64,000 nucleotides of DNA from Chitinophagales bacterium (GTDB taxonomy: Bacteria; Bacteroidota; Bacteroidia; Chitinophagales; JADIYW01): positions 712,680 to 776,679 of the forward strand of contig JACJXT010000011.1 in NCBI GenBank assembly GCA_020636535.1. Direction: 5' to 3'. Made by a program: the position numbers and the translations under genes. A model generated the notes under the pieces. It saw only the letters and a list, made by a program, of their open reading frames with translations, did no database searches and was not told where the DNA came from. Every line of letters starts with the position of its first letter. Position 1 is the stretch's first letter. Below, piece after piece: positions 35,673 to 45,213 of this stretch.

Positions 35673-37646
35673 ATGAAGCACTTTTACTTTCTTTTATTTT
35701 GTAGTGTATTGCTACCTACCAAGGCAGTTACTATAACTACTCAAAATTTGCCAGCACCAGCCAACTACGATTGTGGCGATGCTAAAGCTAAACTTAACAA
35801 TGTATTGTTTGGAGCAACACCACCAAATGCTAGTCCAAATCAGCCAGTAATAGTATTTGTACATGGTTGGTTTGATAATGGTTATTCTTGGTTTATGGCA
35901 AAAAATCAGTGGTATCAAAAATGCTATAATGCTGGTTATAATACGGCTTTCTTTTTTCATACTAGAAGTGGCTTAATGCAAGAAAATGGTGCCGTAATTG
36001 CCGATATGATTCGTGCTACTTGCGAGCATTTTAATACCAATAATGTAATTGCAGTTTGTCATAGTAAAGGTGGTTTAGATATGGAATTTGCTTTGTACAA
36101 TTCTGGAATTGCCGATTCTGTAAGTGGTGTTATTACGCTATCTTCTCCTTTTTATGGTGCAGCATTAGGTGATTTTATTGCTAATCCACTAATAAAATTA
36201 GTAACAGAAAACATACCAATTGTTGGCGAAATTTTTAGAGGTAAAGGTACTTACCAATTGCAAACAGCTTATATGACTGGTGTTGTTAGACCAATGATGG
36301 ATAATAGTGCAGAAAATCGACCTGAAAAATTTAGATGTTTTGGTGCTTGGGGTTTTAATAATATCATGCGTTTCCCACCAAATATTCCAGATGATATTGC
36401 TAAAGTAGTTTTTTATGAACAATATAGACCTTTGTGTTTTGATATTCCTGGATTAGGTGTTATTGCTGGTGGTTTAATGACTGCTGGTTTTACGCTATTA
36501 GGTGGAGTGAGTAAAATTATTCCTATTCCTTCTGCATATCAATATCCAAATTATGATAATAATAAATATACAGATGGATTAGTTTCGTACTATTCTGCTT
36601 TTAGACCTGGTGCTACTGAAGTCTCTGAACGACCACCAAGTACAAACTCTTTTTTAAATCATGTAGATGTGTTGTTGTCGTCTGAAACTTGGGACGAAGT
36701 GTATGAACAGATACAATATTGTACTCAAAATCCTGTGTTGCGAAAAGCTAATCAAGCAAGTGTTCCTACCAATAAATCATATCAAAGAGATGCTATTGCT
36801 AGTAATTATAACTTACTTAAAACAAAAACACTTCCTATAACAGTAAATCGTCAAACACAGTTGCAATTAATTGGAAATTATAATAATTTAAATATAAAAA
36901 TATATAATAATAATCAATTAATAAAAACAATACAACAAGATTTAGCCACTGATTCTTATATCAATTTATTTCATAGCATAGACTTATCTGACTTAAATGA
37001 AAATACCAATTATACGCTAGAATTTAATCAAGCAGTAACTGCCTTATTTGTTGATGGAAATGAAGCAGCTTTATCATTAGCATTCAATCAAAATTATGCT
37101 ACCAATACAGATTTAAACAGTTTAAAAATATATGCAAATAATTTTAATGCTAACTATAAAGAGATACAAGTAGAAGCAATACTTAATAGAAATATGGACG
37201 AATTTACTGATGTTGTTTATGAGTCGTCTATTACTATACCAATGATATTTAATCAACAAGAACAGTGTTATCAAATTAAGGAAATACCAAATCTTAAAAA
37301 TGGAATTTATAATTTAACGATAGTAGCCAATACTAAGACTATTAGTAGAACACTTACTACAAGTATTGCTATTAATAAGAATGAAGTATTAAATAAAAAT
37401 AGTAAATTATATATATATCCAAATATTATTAGTAATAACGATGTGCAATTAAAATATTATAGTGCTGTATCTAAAAATGATATAATTAATATATATAATT
37501 TAGAAGGAAAACTAATATTTCAACAAGCTGTAAATCTTCAAGCAGGAGAGAACCAATTGACATTAAATACAAGTAATGTTAGTTTAGCAAAAGGTATATA
37601 TATTGTACAACTAAACGAAAGTAGTGCTAAAATTATTAAGCAGTAG
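35673..37646 (+). CDS. Secreted alpha/beta hydrolase (lipase-like) with T9SS C-terminal domain
   Basis: 657 aa with signal peptide, VIVFVHGWFDNG and a nucleophile-elbow variant AVCHSKGGLD. C-terminal YIYPNIISNNDVQL...GIYIVQL sorting domain. Confidence 0.65.
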   Translation: MKHFYFLLFCSVLLPTKAVTITTQNLPAPANYDCGDAKAKLNNVLFGATPPNASPNQPVIVFVHGWFDNGYSWFMAKNQWYQKCYNAGYNTAFFFHTRSGLMQENGAVIADMIRATCEHFNTNNVIAVCHSKGGLDMEFALYNSGIADSVSGVITLSSPFYGAALGDFIANPLIKLVTENIPIVGEIFRGKGTYQLQTAYMTGVVRPMMDNSAENRPEKFRCFGAWGFNNIMRFPPNIPDDIAKVVFYEQYRPLCFDIPGLGVIAGGLMTAGFTLLGGVSKIIPIPSAYQYPNYDNNKYTDGLVSYYSAFRPGATEVSERPPSTNSFLNHVDVLLSSETWDEVYEQIQYCTQNPVLRKANQASVPTNKSYQRDAIASNYNLLKTKTLPITVNRQTQLQLIGNYNNLNIKIYNNNQLIKTIQQDLATDSYINLFHSIDLSDLNENTNYTLEFNQAVTALFVDGNEAALSLAFNQNYATNTDLNSLKIYANNFNANYKEIQVEAILNRNMDEFTDVVYESSITIPMIFNQQEQCYQIKEIPNLKNGIYNLTIVANTKTISRTLTTSIAINKNEVLNKNSKLYIYPNIISNNDVQLKYYSAVSKNDIINIYNLEGKLIFQQAVNLQAGENQLTLNTSNVSLAKGIYIVQLNESSAKIIKQ

Positions 37647-38562
37647 TATTTGCCAACAAGTACATACAAGCCATGCGAACTGCAACACCATTTTCTACTT
37701 GATGTAGTATAATAGAATGATGAGAATCAGCAACATCACTGGTAATCTCTACACCTCTGTTAATTGGTCCTGGATGCATTATTACAATTTCTTTTTTTAG
37801 TTTGTCTAACCTTGTTTTGTTTACACCAAAGTACATAGCATATTCTCTTAAAGAAGGAAAGTATTGTGTTTGTTGTCGTTCTAATTGAATTCTCAAAATG
37901 TTAGCTACATCACACCACGCCAGCGTTTCATCAATATTGTAAGAAATATTAACGCCAAGTTCTGCTATATTTTTTGGCAACAATGTTGGTGGCGAACAAA
38001 GCGTAACTTCTGCACCTAATTTTTGTAGACAATAAATATTAGATAGTGCTACTCTACTGTGCATAACATCACCAATGATAGCAATTTTCTTGCCTTTTAA
38101 AGTGCCTAATTTTTCTCTAATAGAAAAGGCATCTAACAACGCTTGCGTAGGATGTTCGTGAGTACCATCGCCAGCATTTAAGATAACGGCATCAATTTTA
38201 TCTGCTAGAAAATAACAAGCACCAGGACTTGGATGTCGCATGACCAACATATCTACTTTCATGGCTAAAATATTGTTGACCGTATCTAAAAGCGTTTCGC
38301 CTTTTTTAACCGACGATGATGACGATGCAAAGTTAACCACATCAGCACTAAGTCGTTTTTGAGCCAACTCAAATGAAATTTTTGTTCTAGTAGAATTTTC
38401 AAAAAACAGATTGGCAATAGTAATATCTCTTAGTGTAGGTACTTTTTTTATTGGTCGGTTAATTACTTCCTTAAAGTTAACAGCAGTATCTAATATCAAT
38501 TCAATATCATTGGTTTGTAGTGGTTCAATGGCTATTAAATGTTTTGTACTTAACTGTCCCAT
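37636..38562 (-). CDS. pyrB: Aspartate carbamoyltransferase catalytic subunit
   Basis: 308 aa with FFENSTRTKISFE, HPTQALLD and HPGPINRG motifs. Confidence 0.9.
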   Translation of the reverse strand: MGQLSTKHLIAIEPLQTNDIELILDTAVNFKEVINRPIKKVPTLRDITIANLFFENSTRTKISFELAQKRLSADVVNFASSSSSVKKGETLLDTVNNILAMKVDMLVMRHPSPGACYFLADKIDAVILNAGDGTHEHPTQALLDAFSIREKLGTLKGKKIAIIGDVMHSRVALSNIYCLQKLGAEVTLCSPPTLLPKNIAELGVNISYNIDETLAWCDVANILRIQLERQQTQYFPSLREYAMYFGVNKTRLDKLKKEIVIMHPGPINRGVEITSDVADSHHSIILHQVENGVAVRMACMYLLANTTA

Positions 38563-38566
38563 ATTT

Positions 38567-39088
38567 TTAATTTACAAATACAACTTTATTATTTTTATTA
38601 TTCCAGTCAACTTTAACTTGTATATTTTCAATAGTATCTACCGACTGTCCAACATAGTCTGGTTGAATAGGTAACTCTCTTTTAAATCTTCTGTCGATTA
38701 AAGTAAGCAACTCAATTTTTTTAGGTCTACCATACATTAATAAAGCACCCATTGCAGCTCTTACAGTTCTTCCTGTATATAATACATCATCTACTAATAT
38801 GATTTTTTTATCTTCAATTTCAAAAGAGATATTCGTAGTATTTGCTGTTACAATTTTTCCTCGTCTAAAATCATCTCTATGAAAAGTGTCATCAATACTA
38901 CCATGATATACTTTATTTTTGCTAATAGACTGTAGTATAGTATATATTTTTTCTGATAATAAAATACCACGAGGTTGAATGCCAATTAAAAAAATTTCTT
39001 CATTTAAATAGTTTTCTAAAACTTCTCTACTTAATCGTTGAAGCATTAAGTGAATTTGTGTATTGTTTAACAACAATTGTGATGACAT
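38567..39088 (-). CDS. pyrR: Bifunctional pyrimidine operon regulator / uracil phosphoribosyltransferase PyrR
   Basis: PRPP-binding loop IILVDDVLYTGRTVRAA. The ATG at 39088 aligns better with known PyrR N-termini than the GTG at 39094. TATTTTTG box at 39101-39094. Confidence 0.85.
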   Translation of the reverse strand: MSSQLLLNNTQIHLMLQRLSREVLENYLNEEIFLIGIQPRGILLSEKIYTILQSISKNKVYHGSIDDTFHRDDFRRGKIVTANTTNISFEIEDKKIILVDDVLYTGRTVRAAMGALLMYGRPKKIELLTLIDRRFKRELPIQPDYVGQSVDTIENIQVKVDWNNKNNKVVFVN

Positions 39089-39186
39089 CAGCACAAAAAT
39101 AAATAAATAATTTTAATCTCATTTTATTTTGTTTTTTAACATTTTATTTAATAACTTGCCTAGGTTATCAACAATTTGTTTAGAAT

Positions 39187-39912
39187 ATGGAACAATTTAA
39201 TGTAATAATGTGGATAATTATACCAATAGCAAGTGCTTTATTGGGCGTAATTATTACTGCTTGGTATTTTAATAGCAGAAGCAATTCTAAAAAAGATTCT
39301 TATAAAGAACTTAAGGCAGAACACGAAGAATTGAAAAAAATGAAAGCTAATTTTTTGTTGCCTAGTAATGATGCTCAAGCAATGAAACACAAGGTTTTTG
39401 CACTAGAAAAGGAAAACTGCAATTTAGAGAAACAGCTAAAATCTATTAACAAAGACAATGAATTGCATTTAAATGAGCTTGTTAATACAAAGTATGAAGA
39501 GTTAACTAAGCAAGTAAAGCAGTTAAAATCTTATATTATTGAATTAGAAGAGGAGTTATCGTTTAAAAATAAAGACGACCATCAACTTTTAACTAAAAAA
39601 GAAAAAATAATTTCTATTCCAGATGATGAGTTAGACCGTATAAAAGCAAAAAATACAGTTATTAATTTTGATAGAATTGGCTTTGCTACAATAGAAGATA
39701 AAGATGACTTAACTGTAATTAATGGCATTGGTGCTAATGTAGAAAAACGATTGAATTTAATAGGAATTTTTACGCTAGAACAAATTGCCAACTTTAATGA
39801 TGAAGATATTATTAAAGTAAATCATGCAATAGAATTTTTTCCTGGAAGAATTGCCAAAGACAATTGGGTAGAACAAGCCAAACAAGAGTTAAAGTTTAGA
39901 AGTATAATATAG
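39187..39912 (+). CDS. Membrane-anchored coiled-coil protein with C-terminal helix-hairpin-helix-like domain
   Basis: 241 aa with an N-terminal TM, an E/K-rich coiled coil, and a C-terminal INGIGANVEKRLNLIGIFTLEQIANF...GRIAKDNWVEQAK resembling the extension found on some NuoE/L21 proteins. Confidence 0.5.
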   Translation: MEQFNVIMWIIIPIASALLGVIITAWYFNSRSNSKKDSYKELKAEHEELKKMKANFLLPSNDAQAMKHKVFALEKENCNLEKQLKSINKDNELHLNELVNTKYEELTKQVKQLKSYIIELEEELSFKNKDDHQLLTKKEKIISIPDDELDRIKAKNTVINFDRIGFATIEDKDDLTVINGIGANVEKRLNLIGIFTLEQIANFNDEDIIKVNHAIEFFPGRIAKDNWVEQAKQELKFRSII

Positions 39913-39938
39913 ATACTAGAACTTGTTGTCCATTTGGG

Positions 39939-40083
39939 CGTCATTCGTAGTATGACGAAGAAATTTACCTGCCTACCGCAGGCAGGTCAGGAATCTCCAG
40001 CGTCATTGCTGTGGAAACAGCAATCTGTTGTAAAAAAGATTCCCAATCAAGCCTGCCTGTCGGCAGACAGGTTGAGAATGACG
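39939..40083. repeat. Cluster of four GC-rich hairpins bounded by 8-nt terminal inverted repeats
   Basis: Stems: CGTCAT/ATGACG (39939-39957), ACCTGCCT/AGGCAGGT (39967-39987), ATTGCTGT-GGAA-ACAGCAAT (40005-40024), CCTGTC-GGCA-GACAGG (40056-40071). Outer pair: CGTCATTC (39939-39946) / GAATGACG (40076-40083). Confidence 0.55.
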
Positions 40084-40194
40084 ATTTTTCCTTTATTTTA
40101 CTTCTAAATACATAACAGGATACTAGACTATTTTCCATTTTGAGTGAAATATAATGTAGTGAGGAAAAAACTCTAATTTAGTATAGTAGATAAC

Positions 40195-40932
40195 TTATTC
40201 TGTTCCACTTTCAATGGCTTCCATTTTAATATAGAAACCTTTTTGAGCTCTTTGTATCCAAGGTACAGTAATATTCGGATTGCTTTGTGCTACGACCGAC
40301 CACAACTCTTTGTATACCATACCAACATTTTTAGCATATTTTTCTAAGGAATAAGTATAGTTAATTGCTGTAGAATCATCTTCTTGCAAAACAGTAACTA
40401 CATCATTAAAAGTAGTGCCTAACGAATTGGTAAATGAGCCACCAGTTTCAATAATTTCGTAAGTCCAAGGCGAATAAAATGACGAATCTATATAAGGTAA
40501 TGGTGTTTCTATATATTTATTGCCTTGCCATTTTTGTCCTAAGTATGGTGGAAAAACCAATTTTATATATCGCAAATTTTCTTCTACTCGCTCAGCAGCA
40601 GTTTCATCTAAAACCTGATACCAAATTCTATCTAAAGACCAACTATCATTTATATTTTGTTTAGTATATCGTTCTATTCTATCTGCATTTCTTCCTAAAT
40701 TATCAATAAAATGAGACTCTATAACTTCTTTCAAATAAAACGAATGTTGTGTAACCAAAACTGGATTGTAAAAGTTGTTATAAGTAACAGAATCTACTTT
40801 ATAGATAACATAATGTCCAGAATCATTTGGAAAGTATTCATAAGCATAATCAACTACAAAGGTCTCCGTTTCTTTCTTACAAGAAAAAATAAGCAATGCT
40901 GTTGCTAGTACTAATATTATTTTATACTTCAT
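40195..40932 (-). CDS. Hypothetical lipoprotein
   Basis: ATG at 40932 gives MKYKIILVLATALLIFSC (lipobox). No recognisable catalytic motif. Confidence 0.5.
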   Translation of the reverse strand: MKYKIILVLATALLIFSCKKETETFVVDYAYEYFPNDSGHYVIYKVDSVTYNNFYNPVLVTQHSFYLKEVIESHFIDNLGRNADRIERYTKQNINDSWSLDRIWYQVLDETAAERVEENLRYIKLVFPPYLGQKWQGNKYIETPLPYIDSSFYSPWTYEIIETGGSFTNSLGTTFNDVVTVLQEDDSTAINYTYSLEKYAKNVGMVYKELWSVVAQSNPNITVPWIQRAQKGFYIKMEAIESGTE

Positions 40933-41013
40933 TATCAAAATCAAATTTAATATAAAGTCGGTAGATTTCTACAAATAGTTGTATATTTTTGATAATTGAA
41001 TTTATTTTATCCT

Positions 41014-41517
41014 ATGAAAACTACAGTTAAAGCATATTTTAAGGTGATACAACAAATACATATTGCACTTTGTTTAGGTGCATTTGTTATAATTGCAATT
41101 CTTAAATATTTAAGAACAACAGGAAATATGCCACTAGATAATAGTAATTTGTTTTTATATGTAGGTATTGGTTTGGCATTAATTGCAATTTTGACTTCAA
41201 GAATTATGTTTTTTAATTATTTGAAAACTAGTCAAAATAATAATGTTGATTTGTCTACCAAGTTGGCGACTTATAGAACAGCTATGATAATACAAATGGC
41301 AATTTTAGAAGGTGCATGTTTTACAAATATTATGTTGTTTTATTTAGATGGAAATGATAAACTATTTGGTATTGCTATTGCCTTGTTGTTATTAATGATT
41401 ATTAGGCGACCAAATAAAGCAGATGTGGTGAAAGTATTATTTAATGGTAATGAAGCAATGACTAGACAATTGTATGATGATAACACAGAGATAGATGTAA
41501 AAGAATTAAATGTTTAA
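41014..41517 (+). CDS. Hypothetical membrane protein (about 4 TM)
   Basis: ATG at 41014 is preferred over the TTG at 40996. Hydrophobic segments throughout. Confidence 0.45.
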   Translation: MKTTVKAYFKVIQQIHIALCLGAFVIIAILKYLRTTGNMPLDNSNLFLYVGIGLALIAILTSRIMFFNYLKTSQNNNVDLSTKLATYRTAMIIQMAILEGACFTNIMLFYLDGNDKLFGIAIALLLLMIIRRPNKADVVKVLFNGNEAMTRQLYDDNTEIDVKELNV

Positions 41518-42219
41518 ATGAAATAGATGACCAACTAAAGCAGTTAATCCCATAGTAATTGTTCCCCAAAATGTTATTCGTGCAATTGCTTTACCAATGC
41601 TAGAGCCACCAACTTTAGCCGCCAATGCACCTAAAACAATTAAAAAAACAATAGAAAAACTATATAAATAATACTCCATATTAAATACAGGTAAAAACAG
41701 TGTAACTACAAGTGGTAGTATGCCTCCGAATAAAAATGAAGCAGCAGAAGCCAAGGCAGCTTGTGCTGGTTTTGCTTGATTTATTTCATTAATACCTAAC
41801 TCATCTCTAATATGAGCAGCTAAAACATTTTTTTCGGTAAGCTCTTTGGCAACAATAAGTGCAGTTTCTTTTTTTAGACCTCTTTCTTCATAAATTTTTG
41901 CTAAACGCTGCAATTCTAATTCTGGACTTTCTCTTAATTCTATTTTTTCTCTTTCAATATCTGCATTTTCAATATCTGTTTGAGAACTTACAGAAACATA
42001 CTCACCAGCAGCCATAGATAAAGCACCAGCCACAAGTCCAGCTAAAGTTGCCAAAACAATAGGCGTTCTTAAATCACTTGCAGCAGCTACACCAATAGCA
42101 ATACTTGAAGTAGATAAAATTCCATCATTTGCTCCAAGCACAGCAGCTCTTAACCAATTACTACGATGTATATAATGGTTGTCTAAATAATTATCTAACT
42201 CTTCTAAATGATTATTCAT
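41506..42219 (-). CDS. VIT1/CCC1 family iron/manganese transporter
   Basis: 237 aa with WLRAAVLGANDGILSTSSIAIGVAAA, a central acidic helical region and C-terminal TMs. Confidence 0.8.
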   Translation of the reverse strand: MNNHLEELDNYLDNHYIHRSNWLRAAVLGANDGILSTSSIAIGVAAASDLRTPIVLATLAGLVAGALSMAAGEYVSVSSQTDIENADIEREKIELRESPELELQRLAKIYEERGLKKETALIVAKELTEKNVLAAHIRDELGINEINQAKPAQAALASAASFLFGGILPLVVTLFLPVFNMEYYLYSFSIVFLIVLGALAAKVGGSSIGKAIARITFWGTITMGLTALVGHLFHLNI

Positions 42220-42303
42220 AGCATTTGTTTTTAGAAATTAAATAACAGCTTTCCTCTAAGATAATTAAGTTTTATAAAAGAAAACAGTGTAACTATTAGT
42301 AAA

Positions 42304-43878
42304 TTATATTGGTTTTATAATACTTAACTGATTGATTTCATCTACAATGCTGTATTCATACGGTGTTTGCGAAACAGTATGCGTAATGTTTAATTGTTGT
42401 AATGCAGTTGAGGTAGCTTTGCCAATGGCTATTACTTGTTGATTTTCTAGTAGCTGAAATTGACTGAAATAGTTTTCTGCATTCATTGGACTAGTAAATA
42501 CCAATATGTTTTCGTGTTGTTGTGCTATGTTTTGTATTGGTTGATTACTATATACAATAATATTTTCTGTTTGTATATGATTGAAATTGGCTAGTGCTTT
42601 TTGTACACTCATAGAAGAATTATTTGCCATAGGAAATGCTACTTTTCCTTTAGTTATGCTAGCAAATTTTTCAGCACTTGTTGCACCAATACTGTCACCA
42701 ATAAAATCTACATTGATATTTTTTTGTTGCAAATGAAATGCAGTTGCTTTTCCAAGTGCCGCAATTTTTGTAGTAGACATATGATTTTTATCTACTGTAG
42801 TAAAGAAAAAATCGACAGCTCTTTTACTGCAAAAGAATAACCAATCGTAAGTGTTGTTAAATGAAAAATCGACTGCTTTAAAATCGATTAAACTTTTGCC
42901 AATAATGCTATCTTGTAATGATTGTTTTAAATAACTATCAGCATCTAAATCTCTAGAAATAAAAATAGTATTTGCAGTATTGTTGAATATATGTTTGTAA
43001 TTATAATCTAAACTTGGATTTTCAATACATATTCTACTAGGAAAACTATTCCATTGTTTGGCTTGTGCTATCCAAAGTTTGGTTACGCCATTGTTTGTCG
43101 TAGCGTAAGCACCTAATGGCATTTGGCAACCACCTTCAAAATCTGCTAATACTTTTCTTTCTAATAATGCTAAATTGCTACTATTGGTATCGTTTAATAT
43201 ACTACAAATACTTGCTAATTCCTTATCATTTTCTCTAATTTGATAAGCCAAAACACCTTGTGCTGGTGCAGGAATAAATAATGGTGCATCAAGTACAATT
43301 ACTTCAAATTCGTTTAAATTAATTTCCAGTCGTTCAATGCCAGCTTGAGCCAATATGATAGCATCAAATTCACCTTTTCTTAATTTGTCAATTCGTGTAG
43401 GTACATTTCCTCTTATGTCTTTAATTTCAATATCGTTTCTATACGATAGTAATTGTGTTTTTCTTCTAGCACTAGAAGTTCCTACAATTGCATTTTGTTG
43501 TAATTGTAAAAATTGTGTAGTATCTACTTTATTTTTGTTGATGAGCAATACATCAAACGGATTGGCTCTTTTTGAGTAAGCAGTAATACTTAGTCCTGTT
43601 GGTTGTTGTGTTGGCACATCTTTACAAGAATGCACTGCTAAATCAATCTCGCTATTTAGCAAAGCATCTTCTAGCTCTTTAGTAAAAAAACCTTTGCCTT
43701 CTAATTTTTCAAAACTTGTATTCCATTGCTGAGAAGTATCGCCTTTGGTTTGAATGATTTTTAATTCAACCAAATAATTGTTCTGTTCTAAAACTTGCTT
43801 AGTAAAATTTGCTTGCCATAATGCGAGTTGGCTACCACGAGTACCAATGATAATAGGTGTACTGATACCTTTTGTCAT
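42304..43878 (-). CDS. hemC-hemD: Fused hydroxymethylbilane synthase / uroporphyrinogen-III synthase
   Basis: 524 aa. The N-terminal IIIGTRGSQLALWQA ... GGCQMPLGAY (HemC) is followed by about 230 aa of HemD-like sequence. Confidence 0.8.
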   Translation of the reverse strand: MTKGISTPIIIGTRGSQLALWQANFTKQVLEQNNYLVELKIIQTKGDTSQQWNTSFEKLEGKGFFTKELEDALLNSEIDLAVHSCKDVPTQQPTGLSITAYSKRANPFDVLLINKNKVDTTQFLQLQQNAIVGTSSARRKTQLLSYRNDIEIKDIRGNVPTRIDKLRKGEFDAIILAQAGIERLEINLNEFEVIVLDAPLFIPAPAQGVLAYQIRENDKELASICSILNDTNSSNLALLERKVLADFEGGCQMPLGAYATTNNGVTKLWIAQAKQWNSFPSRICIENPSLDYNYKHIFNNTANTIFISRDLDADSYLKQSLQDSIIGKSLIDFKAVDFSFNNTYDWLFFCSKRAVDFFFTTVDKNHMSTTKIAALGKATAFHLQQKNINVDFIGDSIGATSAEKFASITKGKVAFPMANNSSMSVQKALANFNHIQTENIIVYSNQPIQNIAQQHENILVFTSPMNAENYFSQFQLLENQQVIAIGKATSTALQQLNITHTVSQTPYEYSIVDEINQLSIIKPI

Positions 43879-43882
43879 TGTT

Positions 43883-45124
43883 TTAATATTTAGAACTGTT
43901 TAATATGCTTTCTTTAGATACTTTAAATGGCAATGCAATATATTTTTCTTCCATGTATTGCATTACGCTTTCTAAAACTAATTTTGCATTATCATCAAGT
44001 GTTGCCACTTCTTTTTTAAACGCTTTGGTTAAAGCTGTTTCTTTAATGTTTTTTACTTCATTAGGAATTTCAGACAATGCCAATTCTAATTTTCTTTCTT
44101 TAAAGAGTTCATTAAATACATTAATAAAATCTTCTAGCAATGCTTCTGCTTTGTAGGTTTCATTTTTTCTAAACTGTAAATTTTCTTTTGCTTTAGTTTC
44201 TAAAGAAGCTACATCAATATATTTTACAGTTTCTAAATCAGTAATTGCTGTATCAATATCTTGCGGAATTGCTAAATCGACAATTACTAATTTATTATTA
44301 TGATAAATTTTATTAAAAATAGAATGATTTAAAACATCATAGCTTGCACCAGTACACGAAATAATTACATCAAACGCTTCTTGATGATTAGGCAATTGTT
44401 CTAAGCTATATGCTTTGCCATTTTTAAATCGAGATGCTAAATCTTCTGCTTTGTGTAGTGTTCTATTGTAAACAGATACATTCTCAAAACCAAATTTAAC
44501 TAGCAAATTTGCCATTAGATTATTGGTTTGTCCAGCACCAATAATTAGTAAATTAGCTGTGCTTGGAATATTATTTTCTAATAAAGACCTAAATGCTAAA
44601 GAAACTACGGAAATAGGTTTTTCTCCAATTTTAGTTTCAGTGTGGATTTTTTTCGCAAAAACTATAGCTTGTTCTATTGCAAGTCTAATACTATCGCCAC
44701 TTAAATTGTATTGCTTGCTATTGGCATACGCTTGTTTAAACTGACCAATAATTTCTCTTTCGCCAATTACCAAAGACTCTAGTGAAGATACTACCGCAAA
44801 AATGTGTTCAATAGCATCTTTGCCTTCGTAAACCATTGCTTTAGAAATGTGTAAATCAATTAAATCTTTATTTAAATTTGGATTGATAAACAAGAATAAT
44901 TTTCTTAAGAAATGATTGTCTACTTTTTCTTTAGAAGTAAAAAAGAAAGTAACTCTGTTGCAAGTATTTAAATAGAATAGTTCATCTAAATCAAAGCTAT
45001 CTTTTAATAAACTAAGTTTACTAATAGGGTAATCACTTTCATCTTCGTCTGTAATAAGATAATCTTTTAGACGATTGACTTTAGTGTTTTTGTGCGATAT
45101 GGTTACAACCTTATAATGTTGCAC
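43883..45124 (-). CDS. hemA: Glutamyl-tRNA reductase
   Basis: 413 aa with GTG start, LNTCNRV active-site Cys motif and IIGAGQT NADPH fold. 4-nt gap to hemCD. Confidence 0.85.
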   Translation of the reverse strand: MQHYKVVTISHKNTKVNRLKDYLITDEDESDYPISKLSLLKDSFDLDELFYLNTCNRVTFFFTSKEKVDNHFLRKLFLFINPNLNKDLIDLHISKAMVYEGKDAIEHIFAVVSSLESLVIGEREIIGQFKQAYANSKQYNLSGDSIRLAIEQAIVFAKKIHTETKIGEKPISVVSLAFRSLLENNIPSTANLLIIGAGQTNNLMANLLVKFGFENVSVYNRTLHKAEDLASRFKNGKAYSLEQLPNHQEAFDVIISCTGASYDVLNHSIFNKIYHNNKLVIVDLAIPQDIDTAITDLETVKYIDVASLETKAKENLQFRKNETYKAEALLEDFINVFNELFKERKLELALSEIPNEVKNIKETALTKAFKKEVATLDDNAKLVLESVMQYMEEKYIALPFKVSKESILNSSKY

Positions 45125-45213
45125 TAATGCTTCATTTTTTACAAAGATGCACCATTTCTAGTCAATAAAAAAATGATTTTTGTCATTATTCTAATTCTAA
45201 CAATAAAATAAAA

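Noticed and set aside
39939-40083. SRP (4.5S) RNA or another known housekeeping ncRNA
   Set aside because: GGCAGGTCAGG superficially resembles part of the SRP helix 8 region, but the conserved GGAAGCAGCC-type motif and the overall single long hairpin are absent.
42220-42303. yybP-ykoY manganese riboswitch upstream of the VIT1/CCC1 transporter
   Set aside because: The spacer is only 84 nt and lacks the conserved GGAGAGUAG-type core. It is too short for the four-helix riboswitch.
45125-45213. Bacteroidota -7 box upstream of hemA (CATCTTTG), and similar near-matches upstream of rpe and htpG
   Set aside because: They deviate from TAnnTTTG at a conserved position, which is not strong enough to annotate without TSS data.
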